This document shows, in pieces, positions 1 to 14,238 of a stretch of 64,000 nt of DNA. Below the pieces are notes generated by a model that searched no databases, had not been told where the DNA came from, and saw only the letters and a list, made by a program, of their open reading frames with translations. Origin of the DNA: Octopus vulgaris (taxonomy: Eukaryota); contig OX597830.1 of the NCBI GenBank assembly GCA_951406725.2, positions 10,540,001-10,604,000 of the forward strand, written 5' to 3'. The stretch's first letter is position 1. Each line of letters begins with the position of its first letter. The position numbers and the translations under genes were made by a program.

Positions 1-93
1 TGACTGAAACGAGTAAAAGAGTAATACATGTTGCATGTAATGCGTGCATCTAATCCATTCGCTGCATTGCATTTCTGTCTGCATTCATCAGTA

Positions 94-435
94 ACGTGGT
101 TGTAAGGTAAGAAGTTTGCTTCCCAACCACAAAGCTCCGGGTTCAGTTCCATTGCGTGGCACCTTGGCCAAGCGTCTTCTGTTATAGCCTCGGATCAGCC
201 AAAGCCTTGTGAGTGGATATGGTAAACTAAAATTGAAAGAAGCCCGTCACGCGCGCGAGTGTGTGTTTGTGCCTGTTTGTTCCCAAGCACCGCTTAACAA
301 CCGGTGTTAGTGTGTTTACGTCCATGTCACTTGGCAGTTCGGCAAAAGAGAACGATAGAATAAATACCAGGCTTAAAGCAAAAAAAAAAAAAGTAGCGGG
401 GCGATTCATTCGACAAGAATTTCTTGAAGGCCACT
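94..435 (+). mobile_element. SINE family A
   Basis: cccaaccac...gggttcagttcc...aagccttgtgagtgga...gcagttcggcaaaagag. Confidence 0.8.
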
Positions 436-1238
436 GAAAGAAGTTAAAAAAAAAAAAGGATGCATCTAATATTTCTTTGCGGAAGTGAATTGAAATGCTC
501 TCCTAAACAGTTTATTTTACCACTCTCATTTAGTAGTTACGTGACCATTCACTTATTCTCATGTGCATGTATATATATACATTTGTTTGTGTTGTTTTGT
601 GTAAACTGACGTAAAGTGTCTTTTGATTTTAATCTCGGTGTTTATATCTACAAATGGAGTTGTATCGGTATTGTTTCGACTGTTGAATCTCTCTACTGCG
701 TTGTTCTCTAGGCCCTACGTTATGTTCACACGTCTTCCATTACAACTACTGTATCCTCGACGTATGTAGTGTGTTTTAAATGTTTGTGTTTAGGCATCAC
801 TTTTTCTATTGTAGCTACGCAGAATATGGCAAACGTAGGTCGTAAGGGAGCACCCATAGTTATTCCATCTTTTTTATTTATAACAATCAAAATTTTGTAA
901 TTTATGCAAAATCTCCAAAATAAAGCCTTTCAAGAAATCATCAAAATTCTTTTTTAAGAACTGTTAGTAACTTGCACCATGGAAGTGCCGTTTCTGTACG
1001 CACAAGACATTTAAACAATCATGAGCAAGTGCCTTCCACGACAGCCTCAGGTTGTGAGGCTACTATGAAGACTGTGATATCTGCATCTATATATACACAC
1101 ACACACACACGTGTGTGTTCCAGCATGGCTGCAGTCAAATGACTGAAATAAGTAAATTAATAAAAGAATATTGTAAAGATCTTTTGAGCACTATGTGTAT
1201 TCTTGTATTCTATACGAATAGAATGGATCTCGTCTGTG

Positions 1239-1312
<74 letters not shown>

Positions 1313-1313
<1 letters not shown>

Positions 1314-1535
1314 CAGGCGGCGAGCTGGGAGAGTCGTTAGCACCCCGGGGAAAATGCTTAGCGGCATTTCGTTTGTTTTTACGTCCTGAGTTCAATTTCC
1401 GCCGAAGTCGACTTTACTTTTCATCCTTTCGGGGTCGATGAAATAAGTACCATTGGAACACTGGGGTCGATGTAATCGACAAGCCCCATTCTCCCAAAAT
1501 TTCGGGCGTTTTCCCTATAGAAGAAAGGATTATTA
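1313..1535 (+). mobile_element. tRNA-derived Nin/Deu-domain SINE (family B)
   Basis: ggcggcgagctgg...gagttcaa B box, Nin-like gtcgacttt..ctttcatcctttcggggtcgat..aataagtacca, (ATT)n tail. Confidence 0.8.
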
Positions 1536-2025
1536 TATAATTATAACCTCTGTGTGTGTGTGAGAGAGAGAGAGAGCAATTAGAGACAAGCCTTGACACC
1601 ATTACTGATTATGATCCAAAAATAAAACCCAGATGTCTTAAGTGGCCTACCACCGGCAACAGAAATGACACGATCAACAATACTACTACTAATACTATTA
1701 CTGCTGCTGCTGCTACTACTGCTGCTACAATGACTTTCACTAATTCCAACATCGTCATCATTAATAAAAACGCTTCCTTCTGCTAAACCAAGAACTAATA
1801 ATTAAGCACACAGACATGAATTTCTAATGGAAGTCTTTAGTTTCGATCGTATTAAAACGGAGAACCAAGGAATCAAGAATTAATACCGTCGGCTCTACCA
1901 AGACCACTAACCATTCTTTATACCAGTGGCTCTCATCTTTGCGCATATAACCGTCACCTTTCGCCCAATGGCTTTTTGCAAATGGCCCATCCCTATATTT
2001 AGTAACCTACAAAAAATATTTTAAT

Positions 2026-2167
2026 CAAGTAGCTTGCTTATGAACCACACGGTTCCGGGTTCAGTCCCACTGCGTGGCATCTTGGGCAAGTGTCTTCTAC
2101 TATAGCCTCGGGCCGACCAAAGCCTTGTCAGTAGATTTGGTAGACGGAAACTGAAGGAAGCCCGTCT

Positions 2168-2226
<59 letters not shown>

Positions 2227-2440
2227 GTGTGAGTGTATACGTTTGTGTATCTGTGTTTGTCCCCCCAACATCGCTTGACAACCGATGCTGGTGTGTTTAC
2301 GTCCCCGTAACTTAACGGTTCGGAAAAAGAGACCGATAGAATAAGTACTAGGCTTACAAATAAGTCCTGGGGTCGATTTGCTCGTCTAAAGGTGGTGCTC
2401 CTGCATGGCCACAGTCAAATGACTGAAACAAGTAAAAGAT
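2026..2440 (+). mobile_element. SINE family A
   Basis: Matches the family consensus through to gactgaaacaagtaaaaga. Confidence 0.85.
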
Positions 2441-4844
2441 TAAAATAAAAACTAATATCATTTGATTGAAATACCTCTATAATATAATGGTCGATATAAA
2501 TGTTGGCTGGTTTCTCCAGTTATACATCACCAGCTTAAAAGCCGTACTCTTTACGGATTTTGAACTAGCTCCTGTGGAGAGCTGCGGCCCAAAACTAAAG
2601 AAATATCATGACTGTAAAACATCTATAATGACTGTATGCCCCGGTTGTGTTTGATGAGAGGTTAAGGATGGATGAGAATTAATTCTGTAATGCAATCATT
2701 CTATTGTTCCAGTTCCGAATTGAATTCCAACTGTTGAACTATTTGTCCCAAAGTTCTTTCCTCGATATAAAATTAACGAAGCGAATATCATTTATCTCCC
2801 CCCGACATTCCTTGATCTCTGACATCATCTGACAAACGCCAACCAGAATGACGTGAATTAGCCAAGCTTTACCTGCTGGAAATGGCAGCCCAAATGCTTA
2901 TAAATCAGATCCTAACGCTGTATGTTCAAAAACCAAATGAAGGGCAAATTTTTTAAATCCTGGGATCATCCTGATTCCAAAAAGGTATAATATGTCTATG
3001 TAGAGCAAATGTAGACTGAGACACAGGGGTCCCGGACAGACAGAATTTCACTTTTATTATAAAAGATTTAGAAAGAGGTGAGAAGTAAATAAAAGCGATG
3101 CAGTGATATTCAACATGCAAGGCTTGGTGGCAAGCAATGCGTAGACGAACTACACACACACACACACATAGTGACAGAAAAGTCACAGGAGGAGGAGGAG
3201 GAGAGGGAATATGCTATTCGTTTTGACATTGTGTGTTAGTTTAACGCACATAAATGCTACATCAAATGACATTAGGATACTTACGCAGCAGAAACACGTG
3301 TTGGAGTGGAATCTAATGTGAACGTGACCCTCATGTTGATATTGCGCGTTAGATTAATATCTAAATCACCATACCCTAGGTTAATGACCCTATTTTAAAT
3401 AATCAGTTTTAGTTAATTCTTTTACAATACTTGTAGCTATGAAAATTATAATTCCAGTCTTTTAGCTCTGCAGGAATCTTTGAGAAAAGCATGAACATCA
3501 CAACACTTCATTTCTCTTTTCTCTAAATGAAAAGTGGAAATAAACTATATAAAGACTGTATTGTCAGCTGATTAAGATGGTTATTGACACCATGGACCTC
3601 TCGCCCTCTACTCCAAGAATGGCTTAATTACTTTAAAGCACTGTCCCTCATTTTGACATTGGCCATTCCTTAGAAATGAACTCTGTACACTAGGTTAGAG
3701 AAGTATCAGAGATACAACTCCATTTTTAATTATCAGTTGTAGCTAATTCTTTTAAAACGATAATGACCCTTTAGGAAACTATGAAAAATAATAATTCTAT
3801 TTCTTCGCTGTTTTACCAAGAAAATTGAGGAATCTTTGAGAAAAGCCTGAACATCACACAAACTCGCTTCACTTTTTATGAAATGAAACATAGAAATAAA
3901 GTAAATGGCGACGATATTTGAGAAGGTGCTGGATTGGAATCTTCCTCTGGTGTTTCGTTAAACGCTTAATTCTTTATGTCTCAGCTCAGCTGGCTGTTGG
4001 GAATAGATAAGAAAAGATCATCTGGGAATGTTAACTAAGATATAAAGATATCGCAATCAGGAAAGATTTATCTCTCTTCTTCCACTTAACGCCATGAAAT
4101 TGGAACTCAACACAATCATTTAAAACGTTTCAGGGATTTAGAAAATATTTTTTATCTTACTTTATTTCCTAACTCTGCGATGCCGTATCTTTGTTTCAAA
4201 ATCGATTTTCCCAGTTCTTGGCTTCAGCAATTTTTTTTTCCTCATAGCTTAACTTCAGAATTCACGAAACTGAGATTTGTGTAAAACGTTTAAATAATCC
4301 ATCAGAAAACAAAGCTGTTTTATTTAATATCATTATTCCGCAGCTGAAGGGTGGCTGGGTAGCAAAATCGTTTGGCAAAGAAGAATTGCCTTGCAGTATT
4401 TCTTCTGGCTGTTTGTGTTCTGAGTTCAAAATCCGTCAAAATCAACTTTTATTTCATTACTCTCGTTGATAAAGTAAACACCGCGGTCGACTTGCCTTTC
4501 CTCCCTCCAGGGTCGATAATATATAATACCAGTCAAGTAATAGCACTGATGGTAGCCACTAGCCTCTCCCCTTAAAATCGTTGACTTTGTGTCTAAATTA
4601 GAAACCACAATCTCGTTACTGATGGGCGGTGAGTTGGCAAAATCATTAGATCATAGGAAGGAAAAGGTACTTCGTGGTGTTTCTTCCGACTCTTTACGTT
4701 CTGAGTTCAAAATTTGTCGAGGTCAGCTTTTCATTTCATCCTTTTAGGGTCGATAAAATAAAGCACCAGCCAAGTACTAGAGACAATGGTATCGACTTAC
4801 ATCCCACTTCAAAATTACCGATAAACCTCCTCGTTATTATTATC

Positions 4845-5330
4845 ATTGTTTTTTTTTCTTCTTTCTTCAAATTTTCTTCCATATTTCACCGAGTGTTTTC
4901 CGTACACCTAGGGCAGAGAAGCTCATTGTATGCATTCCCAGATTAAACACGCAAATTCACAGGTAAAATATGTATAAAACAAAATTAATAAATTCATGAC
5001 TGGATGTTGTTTCCACAGCGATAATGCTCTTCTCAGTACATGATTTGTTCCAGTTAACACGATTTTTGCACTTCCTGTAGGGATGGTAAGCCTGGTATCA
5101 TTTTAAATAGGTTTCAGTACCTTTTTTTTATCATTCCTAGAGATCCTATAATCACTGGTACTGTAGTCGCCTTGAGATACCACATTTTTTCAATTTCTAT
5201 TAGCAAGTCTTTATATTTACTGATCTTGTCACATTCTTTCGCCGCTATATTGTGATCGCAAGGAATACTCATGTCAATTAATAAATACACCTTTTTTTGT
5301 CTAATCTTTTATAATAATATCTGGTTTATT
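4845..5330 (-). mobile_element. R4/Dong-type LINE 3' fragment
   Basis: Minus strand NKPDIIIKD...IDMSIPCDHNIAAKECDKISKYKDLLIEIEKMWYLKATTVPVIIGSLG...LTGTNHVLRRAL; flanked by TTA-type repeats. Confidence 0.85.
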
Positions 5331-5769
5331 ATTATAATTGTTATTGTTATTGTTACTATTATTATTGCTCTTTATGTCCTCTGTTCAAATGCCGCTAAGA
5401 TCAACTCTATCATTCATCTCTCTGGGGTTGATAATATAAAGTTCTAGTCAAGTCCTGGGGAACTTGCTAACCCTTCTCAAAACTAACCTTGTATCTAAAT
5501 TGGAGACTGGCGAAATCGTTCACAGCTCAGAGAGAAAAGGCCTTGTATGTCTTCTAGTACTATACATTCTGAGTTCAAATACTGCCGAGGTCAACTTTGT
5601 GTAACATATCAACCCCATTATTTGGTTGATGAAATATAAAACTACCATTATTCAAATTTGCTGGGCTTTCTTGTGTCTGAATGAAAAATGCGGGTGGTTT
5701 AGAGGTTGAGGTGTTGGGTTCACGGGTGTAAGGTCGTGAGTAGGATACCTGGAACAACGGTCGCATTGT

Positions 5770-6590
5770 GTCCGTTTCTCCAACCCATTTCTTTTTCTTC
5801 TTTAGATGCCATGCCCAGAATGTGGATCATGGGCGATCATATCCTACCACAATACTCTGTTCTTTGACTTCTCTAACAGTTCCACTTCCTGATGTTTAAT
5901 GCTTCTTTCTTCCAACGAATTCCTCAAGCTTGACATCCATGTCATCCTTCTCTTTTCTCTGTTTCTTTTCTTTTCAATCTTTCAGGTCATCGCTAAATTC
6001 TCCATGTCCTCTTTCCTCACCGCATGACCAAGAAACCTCAGTTGCTTGGCTCTTATCTCACGAAGCAATTTCCTATTTACTGCAGCTCGGGCCATCAATT
6101 CTTCATTCGACACTTGTCTGTCTGTGCTATCCTCAAAATTCTCTTTATGAACATTTCACAACTCTCCAAACACCTCATTTCTGATGTTATGGATCAAGTG
6201 TCACTTCAATACATTGACACAGGGTAGACCGGGTAGCAGTCCAACGGATGGACTTTGGCCTTGATGGTCAGAACACGGTTTCTCAAGATGTTATACAATT
6301 TCGAGAATGCAGACTTTGCCAGTACTGTTCGTCTTTTTGATCTCCTTTATACATCTTGCATCTTCTGTGATCAAAGTTCCAAGGTACCTGCTTAGTAATT
6401 TGATTATTTACCTTCAGTAAGGACCTTCGGGCTTCCCCTCTTTGTCATCATCATACACTGTCATCTTGCAATTTATAAACAGACCATTTCTCTCACTTTC
6501 TCTGATCGCAACATCCTGAATTCTCTGAAATTCCTTTTCCGATTCTGCACGTAAGACTGTGTCATCTGCATATTTTATGTTTGTGGTGTT
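5770..6590 (-). mobile_element. Degenerate RTE-clade LINE reverse-transcriptase fragment
   Basis: Minus strand KYADDTVLRAESEKEFQRIQDVAIRESERNGLFINCK, then degenerate YLGT and thumb/C-terminal motifs; bounded by the hAT MITE. Confidence 0.75.
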
Positions 6591-6599
6591 TATTTAGAA

Positions 6600-6869
6600 C
6601 AGTGGTTCCCAAACTTTTTCAAGCTTTGGTTCTAGGGCCACATTCCTAGTGCTCCTCTCCCACCTCATCATCACAAGCGTCGACCATTTTTTGCAGCAAA
6701 TTCAAAACAACAGTATTTCACAAATAAAACTTAACGTTGTTACCCTCTTATTTTGCTTGTTTTTTTTTTTACATCCATTGCCCCGTTTTGGTCACCCCAT
6801 TATCGTCCCATTTTTATGGATCTTTCCACTGTCCCCAAGGGGCGGTACCACCCACTTTGGGAACGACTG
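6600..6869. mobile_element. hAT (Charlie/Buster-type) MITE, 270 bp
   Basis: TIRs cagtggttcccaaa / tttgggaacgactg; perfect 8-bp TSD atttagaa at 6592-6599 and 6870-6877. Confidence 0.92.
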
Positions 6870-7294
6870 ATTTAGAATATGAAAAAAATGAACCTTGTAC
6901 TTGTGCAGCCCACTCTCCATCTGAATATTCTATGAAGTCAAGGCTTGGAGGGTTAAGAAGTGGGTTGTGTCTGCTTGTAGCTACATAAGGACCAAAAGCA
7001 ATTAAACAAGGCATGGTACATACTGTCAAGTCATAATCACTTACGAGTAATGGATTAAGTTAATTAGGTTAACAGAGTAGATTAGTAGAATTTGTATTAA
7101 AGCATAGCACTAAAAATACTTTGCTATATAAAAACACTTTATGGTTCGAGTTCAAATCACACTAAGGCCAGCTTTGCTTTTGTCCTTTAGGAGTTGATGA
7201 AATAAAATAGACCAGTTTAATAAGAGCGTCAATATAATCAACTAAAGAAACCAGCCAAGCAACATAAATATTGGTTATTATTATAATAAAACGA

Positions 7295-7452
7295 AATGCT
7301 AAGCGGCATTTCGTCTGTCTACGTTCTGAGTTCAAATTCCGCCGTGGTCGACTTTGCCTTTCATCCTTTCGGGGTCGATAAATTAAGTACCAATTGCGTA
7401 CTAATCGACTATCCCCCTACCCCTAAATTTCAGGCCTTGTGCCTATAGAAGG

Positions 7453-7490
<38 letters not shown>

Positions 7491-8045
7491 AGGGGGCCTG
7501 TTGTAAGAAACGCTAGCAGGTCGGGCGAAATGCTAAGCGGTATCTCGTCTGCTGCTACGTTCTGAGTTCGAATTCCGCCGAGGTCGACTTTGCCTTTCGT
7601 CCTTTCGGGGTCGATAAATAAGTACCAGTTACACACTGGGATCGATATAATCGACTTAATCCGTTTGTCTGTCCTTGTTTGTCCTCTCTGCGTTTAGCCC
7701 CTTGTGGGTAGTAAAGAAATAGGTATTTCGTCTGTCTGCATGTTCTGAGTTCAAATTCCGCCGAGGTCGACTTTGCCTTTCATCCTTTCGGGGTCGATAA
7801 ATTAAGTACCAGTTGAGTACTGGGGTCGATCTAATCGACTCATCTCCACATCCCCCAAAATTTCAGGTCTTGTGCCTCGAGTAGAAAGGATTATTATTAT
7901 TATGGTGGTGAGCCGACAGAATAATTAACACGCCGGACAAAATGCTTAGAGGCATTTCGTCTGTCTTCACATTCTGAGTTCAAATTCCACCAAAGTCGAC
8001 TTTGCCTTTCATCCTTTAGGGATCAATAAAATAAGTACCAGTAGA
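7295..8045 (+). mobile_element. Tandem cluster of family B SINEs, including an internally duplicated variant
   Basis: Four repeats of ttctgagttc.aattcc.cc...gtcgactttgcctttc. Confidence 0.8.
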
Positions 8046-8689
8046 GTTTATTGGAAAAGTTTATAGGTTGAGACTAATTTTCAAGTATTATGTATAGATA
8101 TTTCTAAAGCTGAAATAACCCAGATAACTAAGGACCATGGAGACTGTAAGCCTATCAGACAACTTTCTAATAAGTTTGAGTGGTTAATACTGAAAAACCG
8201 ACATCAAAAGAACCTGACATAATCTGGTGGTTTTGAACTTTGACTGATTAATAATTAGTCTTAAATGTCAATGTGAAACGAAATCCGTTTGGATATCATA
8301 CTTCACTAATTAAAACGGTTTATTTTATTTTAAGTATATGAGAGATTATAATTAAAAGAGAAATAATTAAATGATTTGGTTTGCTCTACACACATGCGGG
8401 CTCGCACACATACACACACACTAAAATATATTTATATGTTTGTATGAAAGCTAAAAATTTCATATCAAAGCTAAAAATGTTCGAAGCAAGTGTGGCTGTG
8501 TGAATAAGAAGTTGTCTTCCTAACGTTATGGCTTCCTAACGTCTCAAAGCGACGAAAATATTTTGGCAAATTAAATTTAAATGTTGAAGTGAATCTAACA
8601 GTTTTTTTGTGTTTCTTAAATGGCTTATAAACACCTTCCACGCTGTAATTGTTTTCGTTCCAGCACACGATCTCGGATTAGGTCACTTG

Positions 8690-8736
<47 letters not shown>

Positions 8737-8832
8737 TTCAGCAAAATTTAGATTCAGATGAAAATGGTACTTAAGTTAAAGGCACCAGAATTTTGTATGG
8801 TATTATCCATATAAATCAAATGGTGTGATTAT

Positions 8833-8984
8833 AATCAAAATAATCAACAAGGATATCCAAGGTGGAGTAGTACAATTGTTTCATGCTACTTCATTTTATT
8901 ACGCCGTCTCATGTTTAATAAAATGAAGTAGCATGAAACAATTGTACCACACTACCTTGGATATCCTTGTTGATTATTTTGATT
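8833..8984. repeat. 69-bp inverted repeat, 14-nt spacer
   Basis: Arms 8833-8901 and 8916-8984 with 3 mismatches. Confidence 0.9.
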
Positions 8985-9023
8985 GTGTATGTGTGTATAT
9001 ACATACATATATATATATATATA

Positions 9024-9560
9024 TCAACCTTTTATCGTTCGGTCTTGTTTGGCTTGGTTTCTACAGCTGGATGCCCTTCCTAATGCCAACCACTTTACAG
9101 TGTGCGTAGGGTACTTTTAATATGGCACCAGCACGAGCGCTTTTATGTGGCACCGGCATAGAGTGCTTTAAGTGTGGCACCGACAGTGATCTTGCAGGCC
9201 AATCCGCCTCAGTAGGGAGGGAGTGGCCTTAACACTTCTACTGCTTGAGTACAGCAAAGGGCCAGATATATCAGTCCTTTGGCACCTCCTCCATAAGGTT
9301 AAATGTCCGCAGGTCATCCTACTGTACGCCGTCCCATGTCTTTCTGCGTCTCCCTCTTCCACAAGTTCGAACCATTTTGAGTGATAGACACTTCTTTATG
9401 GTGCTACCAGCAGCCATCCGCATCACATGACCAAACCAGAGCAGTCTCCTTTCTTTCTCACTGTATCTAATTCCTCTTATGCTTAATTTTTCTCTCAGCA
9501 CGATATCACACTGTCACATATATCGACTTACACTGCACACCCAGCAGGTAAACAGTTTCC
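9024..9560 (-). mobile_element. RTE LINE 3' end (ORF C-terminus plus 3' UTR)
   Basis: LREKLSIRGIR...RRLLWFGHVMRM...CGRGRRRKTWD, continuing into the ggaagggcatccagctgtagaaa 3' UTR shared by many short copies in the window. Confidence 0.8.
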
Positions 9561-9726
9561 AAATAAAGTCCCTTGGTATGTTTGTTTTGCACCAAGTCAC
9601 AGACACTTCCTTGTCACTATTCATGGTCAAAAATGTCATGGACCAGTGTTTGGTTCACAGGAAATCTGAAACCAATTATTTTGTTACTCACCAATCGTGA
9701 TGGAGAATAATAATTAAAAAATTATA

Positions 9727-10590
9727 CGAGGGGTACCCAAAAGTAACCGGAAACGCTCTCTATGGGATAAGCCCGTTGTAGTTCAGGCTTCCGCCACTAG
9801 AAGCCACTTGATGCAATCCTCAGGCATCAGTATGCCGACTGGTGTCGTCGAGTACAGTCCTACCGCTATGGCGTGAGTCTTTGCTTAGCAAATCCTTTTT
9901 CGTCGATTTTTGAGATGGTTGAAACGAAGAAAAAGCGTGCTTCTGTGAAATTGTTTTCTGTTTCAAACAGCTTACAAAGACGCTGCCATGAACAAAACAC
10001 AGGTTTACGAGTGGTTTTCCCGCTTTAAGAATGGTCTCTTGTCGCCTGAAGACCAACCTCGATCAGGACGACCGTCGACCTCCCGATCGAATGAAAACAT
10101 CATGGAAATTCATGAACTCATCTTGGGGAGACCATCACCGAACAATTGACGAACGTGTTGATATGACTGGTGTGTCCTGGAACTCCTGCCAACGAATTGT
10201 GAGCGAGGAATTGCGAATGAAAAGAGTTGTGGGGAAATTTGTGCCTCGCTTGCTCACAGAAGATAAGCAGCAGTCACGGCTGAATGCGTGCCGTGAACTG
10301 AAAGAACAGTTGGAAGTTGATCCGGATATTTTATCGAAGGTCATCATTGGTGACGAAAACTATTGCTACGGACTTTGCAGAAGTGAAAGAGGTCAAGAAA
10401 ACCCGACGGAGGCGTTAAAAGGCATCATTTCGCAAGAGTTCCAGCATTGCTTCGAACAGCGGAAAATGCATCTGAACCGATGCATTGCTTCAAATGGAGA
10501 ATACTTCGAAGGCGATAAAAGTGTAAACATGTAAAACTAAGTGAATGAAATAATATTGCGAAATTCCGGTTTCTTTTGAGTACCTCCTCG
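9727..10590 (+). mobile_element. Internally deleted mariner element
   Basis: TIRs cgaggggtacccaaaagtaaccggaa / ttccggtttcttttgagtacctcctcg; TA at 9725-9726, TG on the right. ORF 10031-10534 has KFVPRLLT, IIGDE and RCIASNGEYFEGD but lacks the central catalytic region. Confidence 0.9.
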
Positions 10591-11789
10591 TGTAGTAAGG
10601 CTGAAAACCAAATCACTAATAATAATAACAATAGCATCTAACAATAAGAACAAGAAGACAGAGATATTATGTAAATTATTTTAATGAGACATCATCGTTA
10701 TTAACATCATTAGAAGAATGTTTAGTATTAATGGAGTAGGAATTAATGGAATCAAAAGAAATCCAAATCGATCAGGGAATGCAATGAAGTTTCGACAATC
10801 GTTTGTTTGTTTGTTCGAATAATTTCTGTAAATATTGAGGTTTTAATTATATTCTTTGCTTAGGTTTGCATCTGTGAATAAAAGTAGCAGTAAAGTTGTT
10901 TATGCATTTCCTAACATTTAGAAAGTTCTATATAAAGATAACTGGTACTCGATCATCGATGACGATGACAAGGGTTCCAGTCGACCCGATCAACGGAACA
11001 GCCTGCTGGAGGTGAAATTAACCGTGCAAGTGGCTGAGCACTCCACAGATACGTGTACCCTTAACGTAGCCCTCAGGGTACTCGTTTAGGGCTGAGTGGT
11101 CTGGAGCAATGTATAAAAAAGTGTCTTGCTCAAGGACACGTTCAGGGAACATAGAATTTAAAAACAAGGTGAGGTTAGATTGTGTGGCGTTCATGCCTTT
11201 CTCTAATAGAATGATCAAAACAAAAGAAAATCAGAAAGAACAGTAAGCATGAAGTAAAACTTGGTCCCAGGGTCCAGTTTTCAGGAAGCCTGATTTTTTT
11301 TTTTTTTCTTGCTTATCAAGTTTCTTGGAAAAACCACAAGACATCACATTCAGCCACGAATAAGCTAAAATATATTTTCTAATCTAGGCACAAGGCCCGA
11401 AATTTTGTTGGAGGGAGCCAGTCGATTACATCGACCCCAGTATGTAACTGGTACTTAATTTATCGACCCTGAAAGGCAAAGTCGACCTCGGCGGAATTTG
11501 AACTCGGAACGTAACGACAGACGAAATACCGCTAAGCATTTCGCCCGTCGTGCTAACGTCTCTGCCAGCTCGCCACCTTATAAGCAAAACATATATTAAT
11601 GCAGGCATGGTTAAAATCCAAGCTGTGTCCTCCTTAAGGACATCTGCTTATTCCAGTATTTGTTTTTTGATTTCGTCTGTAGATGTCATATTTATGTGAA
11701 GTATGCACAAGAGTCTGAACATTCAGGAAATATTGTTTGCGAGATAATTATATATCAAAATGTGTCCAATCTCCTGATTTGAGACACTT

Positions 11790-11799
11790 TATATATATG

Positions 11800-11830
<31 letters not shown>

Positions 11831-11918
11831 GTGTGTGTGTGTATGTATATGTATGTATATATATGTGTGTGTGATGTATATGTATGTATATATATGTATG
11901 TGTGTATGTATATGTATG

Positions 11919-11949
<31 letters not shown>

Positions 11950-12020
11950 GTATGTATGTATGTATATATATATGTATGTATGTATATGTATATGTATGTA
12001 TGTATATATATGTATGTATG

Positions 12021-12056
<36 letters not shown>

Positions 12057-12076
12057 TGTATGTATATATATGTATG

Positions 12077-12108
<32 letters not shown>

Positions 12109-12170
12109 TATGTATGTATGTATATATATGTATGTATGTATATATATGTATGTATGTATATATATATATG

Positions 12171-12201
<31 letters not shown>

Positions 12202-12594
12202 GTATGTGTATGTATATATATGTATGTATGTATGTATATGTATGTATGTATATGTATGTATGTATATATATGTATGTATGTATGTATGTATATATGTATG
12301 TATGTATGTATATATGTATGTATATATATGTATGTATGTATGTATGTATATATGTATGTATGTATATATGTATGTATATGTATGTATGTATGTATATATA
12401 TGTATGTATATATGTATGTATGTATATATATGTATGTATGTATATATATGTATGTATGTATATATATGTATGTATGTATATATATGTATGTATGTATATG
12501 TATGTATGTATGTATATGTATGTATGTATATATATATGTATGTATATATATATGTATGTATATATATATATGTATGTATATATATATATGTATG

Positions 12595-12662
<68 letters not shown>

Positions 12663-12878
12663 TATGTGTATATATACATATATGTATATATATATATATG
12701 TGTATATATATATATGTGTATATATATATATGTATGTATATATATATATGTATATATATATGTGTATATATATATGTATGTGTATATATATATATGTGTA
12801 TATATATATGTATGTGTATATATATATGTGTATATATATATGTATGTGTATATATATGTATGTATGTATATATGTATG

Positions 12879-12938
<60 letters not shown>

Positions 12939-12956
12939 TGTATATATGTATGTATC

Positions 12957-12990
<34 letters not shown>

Positions 12991-13024
12991 TATGTATGTA
13001 TGTATATATGTATGTATATATATA
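11790..13024. repeat. 1.2-kb compound (TA)n/(TATG)n microsatellite
   Basis: Directly visible. Confidence 0.98.
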
Positions 13025-13362
13025 TCATCACCATTTAGCGTCCGCTTTCCATGCTAGCATGGGTTATGTATGCATAAATACAATGTTTATGTACCTCAGG
13101 CAATGTAGTTACAGTACAGTAAGATAACAGGATGACACTGTTAGGAGAGGTTAGAAAAAGTAAACGAAGAAAATAAAATAATAAAAAAACATGGTAAAAT
13201 ACAATAAAAGTTATTGGAGCCCAAGGAGGTTTAATTCTCTGTAAGAGGTCTACGAATATAATAGCTTTTTTAAAAAAGTTCATGGACATAAAAGTTTTTA
13301 CCTCCTCAAGTTCTACCACCTGTTATTGTATTATAGCTTGTTTTGTTTCCTTTATTTTCTGT

Positions 13363-13398
<36 letters not shown>

Positions 13399-13409
13399 TT
13401 CTTTTCTTT

Positions 13410-13807
13410 TATTCTTTTACTTGTTTCGGCCATTTGACTGCGGCCATGCTGGAGCACCGTCTTAAATGGAGTTTTTTTTTTAGTCAAAGAAATCGACCCA
13501 AGGACTATATTTTTTGTAAGCCTTAGTATTAATTCTATCGGTCTCTTGTTGAACTGCTAAGTTACATGGATGTAAACACACCAATATTAGTTGTTTAGCG
13601 ATGGTGGTGGTGGTGGTGGAAAGCAAACAGACACATGCACATGCATATATACGACGGGCTTCTTTCAGTTTCCGTTTACCAAATCCACTCACAGGGCTTT
13701 GGTTGGACCAGAGCTATTGTAGAAGACATTTGCCCAAGGTGCCATGCAGTGGGACTGAACCTGGAAACGTGTGGTTGGGAAGCAAGCTTCTTACCACACA
13801 GCCACTC
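13410..13807 (-). mobile_element. SINE family A
   Basis: Reverse-complement match, head at ttaccacacagccac. Confidence 0.8.
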
Positions 13808-14130
13808 TGCTTCTTTCCTTTTCCTTACCTTTCGTTTATTTTTCTCAGGCCACATTCAGTCACTAGGCTACGGCCATGCTGGATCACTTGCTCTGAATGG
13901 ATTTTAGTCGATCTAATCATTTCACTGCCACCACCACCATCATCACCATCACAACAACAATTCTTTCTTTCTGTTATTTCATTTATTGCTTTTATCAAAT
14001 AACTAAGTTAAGAGAAAGGTAGACAGACAGACAGACAGAAAGATGAATGAATGGATAGAAAGGCAGACAGACAGACAGACAAGATATATAGATAGAGAGA
14101 CAGACAGGTAGACAGGCAGCAGACAGACAG

Positions 14131-14165
<35 letters not shown>

Positions 14166-14203
14166 CCCCGGTCTTCCCTTCTCTGGATCTTTCCTTCTCC
14201 TAT

Positions 14204-14238
14204 GTTTCCGACGAAGAGCTCTGCTCGAAACGTCAAAC
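14204..14238 (+). ncRNA. Minimal type I hammerhead-ribozyme-like motif (Penelope type), core variant
   Basis: gttt-CCGACGA-a-gagc-tct-gctc-GAAA-cgtc-aaac: stem I gttt/aaac, stem II gagc/gctc, GUC site; CUGANGA is changed to CCGACGA. Confidence 0.55.

Noticed and set aside
11748-13127. Long ORFs of 296-432 aa (also 59259-61221, 43722-44506, 52234-52750)
   Set aside because: Translations of TA/CA/TATG microsatellites that lack stop codons; no coding signal.
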